64,000 nt of DNA from the human T2T-CHM13v2.0 reference genome, Homo sapiens: positions 43,136,001 through 43,200,000 of the forward strand of contig CP068257.2 in assembly GCA_009914755.4 (NCBI GenBank). Reading direction: 5' to 3'. The notes below the pieces were generated by a model. That model had not been told where the DNA came from and did no database searches. It was given only the letters and a program-made list of their open reading frames with translations. Made by a program: the position numbers and the translations under genes. This document shows positions 1-14,698 of this stretch, piece after piece (positions within the stretch are counted from its first letter, which is position 1; each line of letters starts with the position of its first letter).

Positions 1-805
1 TCTTCATAGTTGCATTTTATAGCTAACCAATTTGAAACTACTTCAATTACTCTTACCTATCAATTGTATTTTTTAACTTTTTATTATGGAGAATTCCAAA
101 AACACACTCAAGTAGACAGCGTGTGATGAACCTCCATGTTATCATCTAACTCAGGCGCATGGCCAGTCTCCCTGAAAGAAGGCACGCTTCTGAGCATCCC
201 CTGTGCACACAAGACTGAAGCAGCTTTGAGATAAGAAAAGAAGTACCAAATGGTCTCTCTCAGGCAGCCGCCCACTACCTATGTGTACCAATATCTGCAG
301 TAAATGAGAAGTCCTAAACGAGGGTTAGGACAGCAAGTCTATTGGCAGACGGCATTTCCACCAGTGAAGTGGCCGGGGGTGGGGGGGTAGTCCTGAAAAC
401 CCCTATGGCAAAGATGTAAAAGGAAGAATGTAAAAGGAAAAAATAAAAACTACAGCTGTTCAGAAATTCCAATTCCTACTACTGGACACATTTTCAAATA
501 AGCTACAGTACAATTCACTTAAATGACCTTATTTTTTTCCTCCTTTTAAAATTAATATATATTAATTTTAGGGCAAAAAAAGATTTACAAAAAGGAAAAA
601 AAATTTCAATCCGAAAAAAGAATCACTTTTAACATTTTTGTGCTTACTTCTCCAGTTATATATACATTTACATGTGAATTTCTTTTTCAAGAGGAAATTA
701 TAACAGTGCTACTGCTTTTCCCAGTCAATATAACACAAATACTACTTTGTATCATTGATTCTTCTTTTAGATCATTTAAAAAATCTACATCACATTCTAA
801 CATAT

Positions 806-1170
806 ATGATATAGTTTGGGTGTGTCCCCACCCAAATCTCATCTTGAATTGTAGCTCCCATAATTCCCACATGTCATGGGAGGGACCCAGTGGGAAGTAC
901 TGAATCATGGAGGCACATCTTTCCCGTGCTGTTCTCGTGATAGTGTACAAGTCTCACGAGATCTGATGGTTCTGTAAAGGGCAGTTCCCCTGCACACACT
1001 CTCTTGCCTGCCGCCACTAAGATGTGCTTTTGCTTCTCCTTTGCCTTCTGCCATGATTGTGAGGTCTCCCCAGCCATGTGGAACTGTGAGTCCATTAAAT
1101 CTCTTTCCTTTATAAATTACCCAGACTTGAATATGTCTTTATTAGCAGCGTGACAACAGACTAATACAAT
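806..1170 (+). mobile_element. Solo THE1-family (ERVL-MaLR) LTR, probably THE1B.
   Basis: It starts TGATATAGTTTGGGTGTGTCCCCACCCAAATCTCATCTTGAATTGTAGCTCCCATAATTCCCAC. It ends ...CCTCTTTCCTTTATAAATTACCCAGACTTG...GACTAATACAA. Both match the THE1 LTR consensus. Confidence 0.8.
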
Positions 1171-1555
1171 ATATAACTTAATTTATTCTTGTGTTAAAAA
1201 CCCAGGTTAAGTCAAAATTTTCACCATTACAAATAACACTATGACAAAGATTAGCATAACCCCTTCTGAGCACACACCCATGTGTAAAACTTCCTCCCCA
1301 GTGAAGTAGGGTGGCTGGGTCAAATGGCATCCGGTTTTAGGTGCCTGTTGTCTTTTATCTATATTAAACTGACCTTCAAAATTGAAATCATGTGCTTAAT
1401 ACCACCATGCTTACTTGGCTGAATTTCAAAACATAAGAAGTGTTTTCTAAAGATCTACATCATAGACATATAGAATATACCACATTTCAGGTGGCTGATA
1501 ATATTATCTCCGTACCTATCCTGGTACCACAAAAACTACTTCCAAAAGCACTTAC

Positions 1556-1674
1556 TGTTGGGATGAAACATCTCACAGGTAAATCTCATCTTTGGGGGAC
1601 TTAACGGGTAATCAAGTGGGAAACTCAGGATGGCAGGAAAAACACCAAACTCAAAGCAGGTGTCTTCTGGGCCC
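1556..1674 (-). CDS. UBE2G2: UBE2G2 coding exon 4 (ubiquitin-conjugating enzyme E2 G2). Encodes (M)[39 protein letters not shown]. 119 nt, phase 2 at the start and phase 1 at the end.
   Basis: The reverse complement of 1556-1674 translates to the conserved UBC-fold segment of UBE2G2. It is flanked by the acceptor ttctag|GGGCCC (AG = revcomp of 1675-1676) and the donor CCCAACA|gtaagt (revcomp of 1550-1555). The exon is too short to appear in the 60-aa ORF track. Confidence 0.85.
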
Positions 1675-1769
1675 CTAGAAGATATAAAATACGTAGACTG
1701 AACTTCAAAGTACATTTTTCAACGTCGACCACAATTGACAAATGGGTTAAGAACATTTTTACCACTTTA

Positions 1770-2117
<348 letters not shown>

Positions 2118-5100
2118 CTAAGTAACAATGAATTGGTACTTTCTTTTCAGTGGAAAGCAATGTCCCATTCTCCAGTTTCAATCTGGTCTAAATCTTAGGT
2201 ACAAGTACAAAGACTGAATTCCAGGCAGTTTTCACATTTATGAAGGTTAAGAGTCAAGCAGCAGAACCTCTTGATAAGAAGGGGATCAGAGAAAAGAACT
2301 AATGTCAATGCTCTAAGATCTGGGAGTTTTTTCTGCAGATGTGGTACAATCACATTTTAGGATAAGGGTATGAATTACGGCACAGGGTATAGCAAGATTA
2401 CATTGTATTTCAACAGATGTGGGGCTAAGAGTTGTATTTCAAAGGTGATTTTTAATTTTTAAACGTGCCCAAGAAGGCATCTTTGCAACCTTCAAGAAGC
2501 AGATGAAGAGCACATGTGATCACTGCTGCATGCTCGGTGAAAGGCTAGGCACACAGGCACCACCACTCCAGGCTGCACCTGCAGGCCCATGTGCTGTGCC
2601 TCATCCCACTGATGCAACATTGGAGCAACTCCCCGTCATGGGCACAGACACAGGCACTGAGTCTCCCTGGACCTATACTTTCCTCACGTGTAAATGGAAG
2701 AAATAGATGAAACCATTTCAGAAATCCTGCTTAAGGTTTAAAACCCAACAAGTATAAATTAACACTATCTTGACCAACAGTTCAAGGCATGATGGCCACA
2801 GGAGAGGAAGAGTGTCAGCCATACTATGCCTGTACCTTCACACCAGGGACGAACTCCTCTTCTCCTACAAATCACATTAATAAAACACACATTGGAGGAG
2901 TTCTAAAAGATCTTGCACCATCTTTCTTTGATAAGGAAGCAGGACTGCTGAATGACAGCGGCAGACAACGAAACAGTGGAAGTTGCACTGGGTGTGACTC
3001 ATCAGATCAATAAATAGGTCAGTAAACCCGTTCTCCGTCTACGAACTGAAAGAACAAGTCCCTTCCTAAACAGCTCTGCTCCTCTAACAACAAAGGCTAA
3101 GGCAGAAAGAACAGTCGTGCAGGGGCCGAGGCCTGGATGAGCAGAGGACAGTCCACACCAGACCTACTGCCTTCAGAAAGAATCCAGGATATGGCACAGG
3201 AAAAAAATAATTTAAAAAAATATACGTTTTAAATCTTCAGTTAAAAAATAGATTTCTTAAAAGTAAAAATTTGTTTTAAAAATCTTAAAATTATCTTGGT
3301 TCAGTGAAATTAATAACAACAGACTTGGAAATATTTATCTCTATAATTAAAGGAAAAAGACAAAAATCAAAAAGAAACTGAACGAAGAGCTTTAGCTTTC
3401 ACCTGGAGGCGGCACTCAGGGCTGTCGGCAGCAACAGCAGATGCCAGCACGGCTCATGGCCCTAGCAGGGCTGATCTGCGGGCAACAGTCAGAAGAGAAC
3501 AAAGCAGTGATTGCTTCATGGAGACAAGATTTTTCAATCTAAAAGACAAATTTTGATTCTGAAAACTGTCTTTGCTACCTTTTCAGAAGAAGATAGCGAA
3601 TATGGCCACTTTGTTTTGGGGAGCTGGGGTGGGGGGGGGGTACTGTGTGACAGTCCCCAGAGCCTCAGCATGACCAGCACAGGGAACGCCACCGAGGGAG
3701 GCACGAGCATGAGCTCTTGCTACTGGTACAACAGCCGCGCTGGAGAGGACAGTGCCCGGATGAGTACCCCCCCCCGGCCCACACTGGCACCCAGCGCCCG
3801 GCAGCCTGGGGACGCCTCAAGCCTGGGTTACTCTGCTCCCCCTGCAATGGCCTGAACAAACACATTCCTGAAGCCCCGCCTTCTCAACACAGGGTGGGCA
3901 CACACCATGTATCAGAGTGAGGCGTGGCCACCCCGAGCCTCCTGTCCAGTACAAGAGCTCAGAGCAAACGATAACCACCACCCATTCATTCTCCACACGC
4001 CCTCTGATGAAAGGGCACCAAGGATTGTGGTTTTCATTTTACTGTCAAGCAAGGCTGGAAAATCCAAGGATGAAATGACTTAGTCAAGGTCCTAGATCAA
4101 TTTAGTATTAGAGTTAAGAGAACACAGTTCAAACTGCGAAATCAGAAGTCAGGCACATAAAGATACTATCTTTAAAAGTAACACTGTTCATATGTCAGGA
4201 ATGCTTGCCAGCACTCAATATTTCTGGCACCTCTGAGTCCAGAATAAGAAAAAATGTCTGGGGTAGTGTTTTTGGAATGAGCCAAATGGTATTTGCTCAA
4301 TACTTTGATAACAGTTCTTTGTTTCTCATAATAGGGCTTTCTTTAAAAAAAATTTTTTTTAATCCACCAGGTCGTTCCTAGCCTCAGAAGCATGACCAAA
4401 CATTTCCTGAAGTGCGCCCACATCTTAAATATCAAAGTTATTTGCAAATGCTCCGGTTTACTACTGGTTTGAAACTGGGATTTCTTTCTCTTTTCTAGAA
4501 CGCCTGGCGCCCAGACAGGAGGGCAGATGGGCAGTGGTGTGCAGCAGCATGCCTGACCCCATGGAACATGCCTTCCAGGCAACTCCCGAGCCAGGAGTGG
4601 GAGACGCCACAGTGCTGTTTTTGGACAAGTTTTATTGCCATACTCCCAGACAACCTCACTTCTCTTTCACCGAAGATGGCCTCACCTGGGAATCTTCAAA
4701 AGAAACAACAACAAGGAGGACACAAATATATCCAAAGCAAATGTAAATTTTTCAAAGCCTGCAAATTATGCTGCCTTATTGATTGAAATCATGACCTAAA
4801 CTCTTTCGGAGCTGAGCTAAGGACAAGCATTAGATTAAGCATCATAATGACCCTGCACTCTACACAGGAGGCACGCTTGCAACAGCTCAGACTGTTTTGC
4901 TGTCTTGTGGGTGAATTAGATACAAAAGCAAATATTGAAAACACCCATGGCCTACTCCTGACTAGCAATTCTCTCTCCTCACAAAGGACAACTGCCTTGT
5001 CACTGTCCTCCTCCAGAGTTGTGACCATTCCTCAGCAACAGTGTGGGTCACTTATATGCCAGTGAAAAGCGAAGATCAGCCTCTTCTGTCTTTCCACACT

Positions 5101-6539
5101 CAACTCAAGGGAGAGATTGTTCTTCTTTGCATTGCCTTTCTAACACTTTTTACTTTCTAGATAAGAGAAGCAGCAGGCAGGTCAGAGTGCCTTATGGAGC
5201 ACCCAGGGCAAGTGGGTGCCCTGAGCTTCGCCGGCAAGCGGTGTTCCAGGAACTGGTGCGCTCGCCACTTCAGCTGCACGCAGGTGTTGGGAAAGCCGAC
5301 TGCTTTTGCTGCTGTTCTCTTTATCAAGTTTGTCACAGCACATAGACAAGAAGTCTCCAACGCACATGTGATAAAGAATTAAAATCACAGAGAATGCAAA
5401 CTCATCCATCAGTATTTAAAACCTGAAGTGGATGACTAAGGGACGATGGCCCTCCAAAAGCTGGAGCCAGCTGAGCTGGAGACGGGAAGGGCAAACTGCT
5501 TCATGGGCACCCTCCACTCTGGGGGAAGGATAAGCACCTCCCTTACGCTACAGAATCGACAGAGGGCACCCAGCAGGAAGGGCATGAGGGCTCCCGGCAT
5601 CTGAGCTTGGGTGCGTCTCCTTCCTTCAGTCCCTGCTCTGCAGTTCAGCAAAAGCTTCTTGCCGATGTTCCCACCCCACTAATGCCCAGGACAGCAGGAC
5701 CAAGGTGGGCTGCACACACAGCCCCCACACTGGGCACTTTAAAAGCCCTAGGACACTGGCTCTGCTATGCCAGGTTGTGCTTGTGGCTGTGCCAGGCAGT
5801 GAGGAGTTAAATAGAAACTGATCCCAATACCCTCGTAGCAAGAGGACGAGGCTGTAAGAAGCCGTGATTTGGGGAAGTGCCTTCCTGCACTTTCCTCCAG
5901 CACTTGGTCTCCACCAGGATGACATATTTGACCCTCACCCCCAGAGCAGGGCCCTGGCTCTGGTTTAAACCCAGAGATCCCCTGTGTTTCCTTTCTGTTT
6001 TGTGGTGTTCTAAGCACCCCAGGCGATACTCAGGTAGATAACCAATGCTAAGAACTGCTCGGAAGAAAAGGGGGAACATTTCCATTTTATGAAATCATAG
6101 TAGGGGCAAATATAGCTTTTGCTCCATATAATTATTTTCATAGTTAAACCTGTCCAAAAGGCATCTACAGCCATACCCTAATTATTTTTTGCAATATAGA
6201 TGTTTCTTAAAATTTTTAAATCTAATATATTTGAACTATAAAGTGTACTAAATAAGTTCATCAATTATAAGAACTTTATAGTATATTCTAACATAGACAA
6301 TCACTTTTACAACATAAACTTTGACCTTATTTAACTAGGAAAATAAAAGAATGTTGGAAAATATTCAAATACAGAAGTATATAAAATAAAAAGCAAATAC
6401 CTCCCTCACTCCCCCTCCCAAAATCACCTCCTTGAGGTAACCAGAGTTAAGTTTGGTTATTGTTCCAGCTTTTCTCTATGTGTGTATAAATTCACATACT
6501 CTAATCTACAAAACTGGATTTCTAAAAATTCAAATGTAT

Positions 6540-8133
6540 CATGGCATTGCTGAGAATTTTAAAACACCTAAATAAATGGAGAGACAGTCCATGTTCATGG
6601 ATTAGAGCACTCAGTACTGATATGATGGCAATATCCCTCAAACTTATCTAAAGATTCAATGTAGTCTCAATCAAAATCCCACCAGGCATTTTGTAGAAAT
6701 TGACAAGCTGACCCTAAAATGTAATGGAAATGCAATGGCCTAGTAAACAATCTTGAAAAAGAACAAAGTTGGCGGACTTAAATTTCCCAATTTTAAAACT
6801 TACCATGAAGCTCCAGTAATCAAGACAGTGTAGTAATGGCCTAAGGATAGGCATAGATCAATGGAATGCAATTCAGAGTCCAAAAATAAATCCTTGCATT
6901 TATAGTCAACTGATTTTTGACAAAGGTGCCAAAATTATGCAATGGGGAAAGAACTGTCTTTTCAACAAATGGTGCTGAGACAACTGGATAACCACATACA
7001 AAAGAATGAAACAGACTCCCACCTAACTCCATACATGACACTAAGTCAATCAAAATAGATCAAAGGCCTAAATGTAAAAGTGAAAAAACACAAAACTTCT
7101 ACAAGCAAACATAAGAGAAAATCTTTGCAACCTTGGGTTATATACAACACCAAAAGCATGCTCTATATAAGAAAAAAAATGCAAAATCACACTTCATCAA
7201 AATTAACAACTTTTTAGTTTCAAAAGACTCTATTAAGAAAACAAAATGGAGAGTTGCAGATTGGAAGAAAATATTTAAAAATCCTATGTCTAATGAAGGA
7301 CTTGTATCAAAATATATTTTAAAAACTCTTAACGTTCCATCAACAAGAAAACAACCGAATATAAAAATGGGGAAAAGTTCTGAAGTTCACCAAAGAAGAT
7401 ACATGAACGGCCAATAAGCCCATTAAGAGATGCTCAACATCATTAGTCGTCAAGGAAATCCAAGTCAAATCTGTAAGGAGACCCCACTTTACACCCACAA
7501 GAACAGCTGTTATCAGACAACAGCAGTGTTGGTGTGGAAGTGGAGAAACTGGAATGCTCATACACTGCTGCTGGGAATGCAAAATGGTGAGCTACTCTAG
7601 GAAGATAGTCTGATAGTTTCTTAAAACATTAAACGCAAATTTACTCCACACCCCAGCAATTCCACACCTCTATATCTGGTCTAGAGAAATGAACTCCATG
7701 TCCACACAGACAGTGTGACAAGACAAGTGTTTACAGCAGCATTGCTCAAAAGAGCCAAAAAGTAGGAAGCCCAAATGTCCATCAACTGGGGAATGGAAAA
7801 GGAAGGAGCTGCTGATACATGGTATAACATGGATGAACTGCAAATACATTCTGCCAAGTACAAGAAGCCAGGCACAGATGATTAGACAGTGTATGATTCC
7901 ACACATAGGAAAAGTCAGAAAAGGCAAATCTATAGTCAGAGGAAAGAGCAGGGATTGCCTGGGGGTTGGAATGGGAACTGTCTGCACATAGACATAAGAA
8001 TCTTTTTGGAAATGTTCTAAAACTGGACTGTGGTGATGACTACAAAACTCTAGAAATTTACTAAAACCACTAACTTTTATACTTAATGCAAGTAAAACTT
8101 ACAGTATGTAAATTATCTCAATAAAGCTGTTTA
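6540..8133 (+). mobile_element. L1 (older L1M/L1P subfamily) 3' fragment covering the ORF2 C-terminus and the 3' UTR.
   Basis: It contains L1 ORF2-end and 3'UTR signature strings (..gatgctcaacatcattagtcgtcaaggaaatccaagtcaaa.., ..cccagcaattccacacctctatatctggtc.., ..agtaaaacttacagtatgtaaattatctcaataaagctgttt). An Alu is inserted immediately after it. Confidence 0.75.
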
Positions 8134-8524
<391 letters not shown>

Positions 8525-11038
8525 CTATTATTCTAGAATCCGCCTTTTCCATTTATATTGTGTACATCTTTCCATGCCAGGATGAAAATTCCACCTGAAC
8601 TGTTTTACAGCTACATGGCATTACTCTATATAGATGCTCCATAAATTATGTGGAACAGTGATGTTTCCTTTTTTATTATTATTACTGCAATGAATGTGGC
8701 AATAACTTCTTCATATAGGGATCTTTGTGACACTTTTGTTGAAGAAAATGCTATGGTGAGATTACATACAATACAAATTATAAACACCTATTTTATTATC
8801 TCGGGTTTATTTCAGCAAGGCATAATACTGCCAAGAGATGCCCTGTGACAGTCTTCGGTCAACAAGAAACCTGGACATAAAGGGAGGCTGCTGTGCCCCG
8901 GACACTGGCCCCCAGTGTGAGAAGGGCTCCTGGTAGAAGCCGCGGCAGCCTGGGAGCCCTCAAGCTGGCTGCCATGAGCCAGCTGGAGAACCTGGGAGCA
9001 TCCATCCACCAACTGGGCCCCAAACACACCATTCAGTAAAGGAAGGTCCTTCTTATTTCACCACAGCCTCTAGAACCACTGGTCTGGGGAGGTGACAGCA
9101 GTCAGGCATGAACCAGACAAGAAGGTCACCAAGCCAGCTGATTTGGGAATGCTGGGGCAGGACACAGAGGACAGCAAGCGCCAAGGGACTCCACGCCTTG
9201 TCCGGCCACTGGGGATGAACAGCTGTCTAGGACTCCTTCTGTCCCACATAAGTGCATCAATGAAAGAGGGCACCCACCCTCTCTGCAGCTACACCCCCGT
9301 CACCGTGGCTTAGTGGCAATGGGGTCACGGGCCATGGACCCTAGAGCTGGGCAAGAACTGTAACCATCTGTCTAGAAGATGCTGATAAACCTCTCTGTTT
9401 TGATCCAAATAAGTCAAAGAGAGGCAAAGTGACTGGGCCAAGAGCAGCAGGCCATGCTAGCACCCACAGCCACGGTGGCCACATCCCCTGGTGTGCCGCC
9501 ATCCCAGCCACGCTCGATTTGATTGCAGGCTCAGACTCCACCATGAGCGTGGCAGGGTCAGCAGAGTTATTCCCGGTGTTTAAAGACACAGCCTGCGGAC
9601 TCTCATTATTTAGTCCTCTCATTCACTAATCTGTTCTATTCTCCATCCTAATCCCTCAACCCTGGTCTTCCAAGGTAAAGATTTCAGTGCATCTTTGACA
9701 TGTCTGTATCTTCAGACAAGGGCCCTAACATATCAAAGGCACTTAGTGTTTGTTGCTTAGATATCTAAAATGACATTTTCTTCACTGGCCCTTAAGGCAA
9801 GCACAACAGCAAAAACCAACAGCCGTTCGACTTCTGTGAGGCAAGCACGGGTTTTAGAAATACTAGGGTAGAGAGGCGGCCCTGGAAGCCATCAAAGAAT
9901 AAAGAGAAAAAGAAGAAACTTATCACCAAGGAGCAAAGACTTGGCCAGATGTCTGCCAAAATAGCAGGGTGAGACAAATCGATGGGAGGACAGTTAATTC
10001 CCTAATAGGCATTTTAAGTGCACTTGTAAACGGCCTCTTGTTTGTGAAGGGTCTGGAACAGGACCAAAACCCACAAACTCACTAGGATCTTCAAGCAGGG
10101 GAATTCCAAACTAATGCAAAAAGCCTTGTTCAAACACAGAAGTGCTCTACCTAAAAATAGTTCTAATTACTTTTTAAGACAGGTTTTCAAAATATTGGTT
10201 TAATTTTACACTGTTTATTTAAAATTGGTAATAGTTACCCTAATCGATTTTTAACAATGAACATTTTTTTAAAACCACACTGGACGGCTCAACTGTTCCT
10301 TTAATGAGCTTCCAAATAGGCCTACGGAGGAGCCAACACCCCACAAATACTGCAGACACGACAGGCGCCTTCAACCTCTACACACAGACAGGCCTCCCGC
10401 CACTCTGGGCCTCTGCAGCAGGCGTGCTGCCCCGCTGGCATGAGTGCAGGTGCGCCTGCATTAACACATGAAACAAGCAGGTTACACATCAGTTCATGTA
10501 TATGATCTCCTGCTTCTACAGAAATAAAAAGAGCTGCCCCGATACAAGTATACAGCCGCACAGTCCACTAATGAGGACAGCCCAGACTGTGGGACTCGCC
10601 ATCCATCTCATAACTGCCTTGGGGGCCACATTACACACAAACACAGATTCCAGAAACCTTCAGACACCGAAAAAACATGTGCCATAGGCCCAAGCAATTA
10701 GGATATTACAAATGATCAGGAAATGGCAGGCGTGCTGTACCATCTGAATAGCGTTTGATGATTTTTTAAAAACATTTTGTTTATCCAAAATACTAATTTT
10801 CATATCAATTTAACCTCCACAGACAACACTTAGCTGCAATCTGTTTCTCAGACCAACCCATAGAGCATTAAGAATTAATGTGATCCAAGCAACTGGCGAA
10901 TTCCAAAAGCATCATGAAGCTTAAGATCACTTCAAGCCAGAGCCCACACTTGTTTCACAGCCCTCACTTTTCCGGTCCTTGCCCTCTAGAGCACTTCTCA
11001 ATGCAACAAAATCCAACCCAAGACCTTGCTGCAAATTA

Positions 11039-11402
<364 letters not shown>

Positions 11403-12179
11403 TTACAAATTTCAACTTCCTAAATTTTATTTAACCTCACTTTGCTGAAAATACACTAAGAATGGCCAAAAATTGCACATCTAAGGTAGAAAGAAGAAAA
11501 AGCAAAGTGAGTCAAGGCCATAGAACACTCTAAAATCAGGGGTCCATGTGTTTCTCTTTCCAAGCAACGTCACCCTAAGTTAAATGCCACGAATCCCAGA
11601 ACCACACTGCTCACTTACTAAGCCATGTCTTGGGTCGGAAAGAACACAAGGCCAACAAGTCCAGACAAGGCAACAGAAAAAGGAGATGCAGCACACGAAG
11701 ATACGAACTGGGAGGAAAGGAGAAGAAAAAGAAGTCCTGGCCCAAAGGCAGGGCAGGCAAGGCTGCGCTAACATGCCTGGTGTGGTCAGACACATCTTTG
11801 AGGACCCTTTTCTCGTCAAAATTTCACACCTGAAGGGGCTACTTCTGGAAGCCAAAGCCACCTACGCCATTTGAGGTTATTTTAACCACGATCATACAAC
11901 ATTCCAAAATTACCACCTTAAAACTCTCAAATATATAATACATATATTACATAATTATAACTAAACCTTTGACTGGCTCTAAGGAAACACTCATTTCTTT
12001 TGGATCAATGCTCAGGTTCTCTGCTTTCAGACCAGCAGCCTAGACGAGAGCTGGGCATTACTGGAGAACTCAGTCTTTTTTCCAGCTGATGCTTTTGGAC
12101 ACAGTCACACTGCTGATGTGATTCTTACATCTGACTTCCAGCAAAGCCCTAAAAACTAGTACACCTAAAATTAACTTAC

Positions 12180-12225
12180 ATGATCAATGCCTCCCATTCA
12201 AAAAAGTTCTCTTCATTCATGGGGC
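12180..12225 (-). CDS. UBE2G2: UBE2G2 coding exon 3 (46 nt). Encodes (G)PMNEENFFEWEALI(M).
   Basis: The revcomp reads ttacag|GCCCCATGAATGAAGAGAACTTTTTTGAATGGGAGGCATTGATCAT|gtaagt. This is an exact peptide match to UBE2G2 residues about 27-41. The AG acceptor and GTAAGT donor are canonical. Confidence 0.85.
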
Positions 12226-12319
12226 CTGTAAGGTGAGAAAAAATTTCACAACATTTTAACTTTGAAGGAACTTTGGCAATTAAAAGTAAATTATAAGGAA
12301 GTTAACTTTGGTACCTTAC

Positions 12320-12355
12320 CTGCTACAATTCCTTCCGGAGGATTCAGTGTTAATT
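12320..12355 (-). CDS. UBE2G2: UBE2G2 coding exon 2 (36 nt). Encodes (Q)LTLNPPEGIVA.
   Basis: The revcomp reads tatag|AATTAACACTGAATCCTCCGGAAGGAATTGTAGCAG|gtaaggt. It continues the reading frame from the exon 1 terminal C (the C|AA Gln codon). Confidence 0.85.
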
Positions 12356-12498
12356 CTATAAAATTAATAAGTAAAACCATTACCAAACAGAATAAATGTT
12401 ACATTGTCATTTTAACAAAACACCTTTACAAAATATATAAGCCTATAAACCATAGAATATGCATATTAACAAGTGAAAATTCTGTTTGCCCAAAGTGA

Positions 12499-12847
<349 letters not shown>

Positions 12848-13361
12848 CAAATAGTTCTTTATACCAACAAAACATAGACTTTTCTTTTTCTTTTTCTTTT
12901 TACAAATGCAAAAGCAAACATAAGGGGTACACTGTCTTTCCAAACTGTTCCTGCTGGTTACTTTGTTGCTTAGTTTTGAGACAGGGTCTCACTCTGGTTG
13001 CCCAGGCTGGAGTCCAGTGGGCAACCAGAGTGAGACTGGGGAAATTAATAAAACAGTAAGCAAACATACAGAAAAAAAAAAATCAATGAAACCAAAAGGT
13101 GGTTCTTTGAAGAGACAGAAAATTAATAAATCCTTGCCAAATAAATATAAGGTATAAGGACTGAAAAAGAAATAAAACTCATTATTCACAGATGCTATGT
13201 CCATATATACAGGAAAGCCCAAAAGAATCTAAAGATAATTAGTAAAAGTGAGTTTGGCACAGTTGCTGAATATGAGGCATATATATATCTTTCTAAAAGA
13301 TATATAAAAATGCAAACAATCCAGAATAGCCAAGACACTATCTTTAAAAAGAATAAACAGA

Positions 13362-13685
<324 letters not shown>

Positions 13686-14329
13686 CTATGAGTTACCAAG
13701 CCTTCCTTACAGAGCTATGGAAATTAAGGCAACGTAGCACTGGCTCAAAGTTAAATTGAACAATGGGGCACAAGAGAAAGCCCAGAAGCATACCTGTACC
13801 AACAGAGACCCTGACTCGAGGGAACACAGAGCTATGGCCCAGAGGCAAAGGGCAGTCTTTTCCATGAATGATGCTCATCTCTAAGACAAAAAAAAATCAA
13901 ACTTTCCCCATCTCACACCACATATAAAAATCAAAATAGGTAAGAAGAAAAATGGAGGCAGAGTTGAAAAGAGCCACTGTCAGAGTCAACACGAATGATG
14001 CTGTGGTCCAAACGCTTGCGTCCCCCCAAAATTCCTATGTTGAATCCTAATGTATGTGGTATTGGGAGGTGGGACCTTTGGGAGGAGATTAGGTCAGGAG
14101 GGCAGAACTCTCATGAATGGAGTTAGTGCCTTTATAAGAAGAAACGAGAGATTTGCCTCTGGCCATGTAAGGGCACAAGGAGAAGACAGTCATCTGCAAA
14201 CCAGGAAGACAGCCCTCACCAGACTTCCCAGCCTCCAGAATTGGGAGCAATAAATGTTTGTTGTTTAAGCTCCCTGGTCTTTGGTATTTTTTTACAGCAG
14301 CCTGAACTGACTAAAACAGATGGCAAATA

Positions 14330-14698
14330 AGCACATGAGAAAATGCTCAACATTGTGAATCATAAGGGTAATGCAAATTAAAACCACAATAAGATACAGC
14401 TCAATAGCTTCAGCATTATCAGTATCTTTAGTCACAAAAGAATGGCCAAAATTAAAGACTTAAAGTGCTGGCAAGTTTAGCAAGTAGATCTCTCATGCAC
14501 CACTGATGGGAATGCAAAATGGTTTGGTTACCCTTTGGGAAAGAAGTTTGACCATTTCCACTAAAATTACATATATATTGACTCTAAGACCCAGCAATTC
14601 TACTGGGTCTTATGTTGCCATAGACTTTTGTGTGAATGTTCATAGTAGCTAAATTCGTAATAGCCCCAAACTGGAAACAACCCAAATGTCCATTGATA
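14330..14698 (+). mobile_element. L1 ORF2-3' fragment, interrupted by the MaLR insertion at 14699.
   Basis: Strings present are aaatgctcaacattgtgaatcataagggtaatgcaaattaaaaccacaataagatac ... cactgatgggaatgcaaaatggtttgg ... cccagcaattctactgggtcttat ... aaactggaaacaacccaaatgtccattgat. Confidence 0.7.
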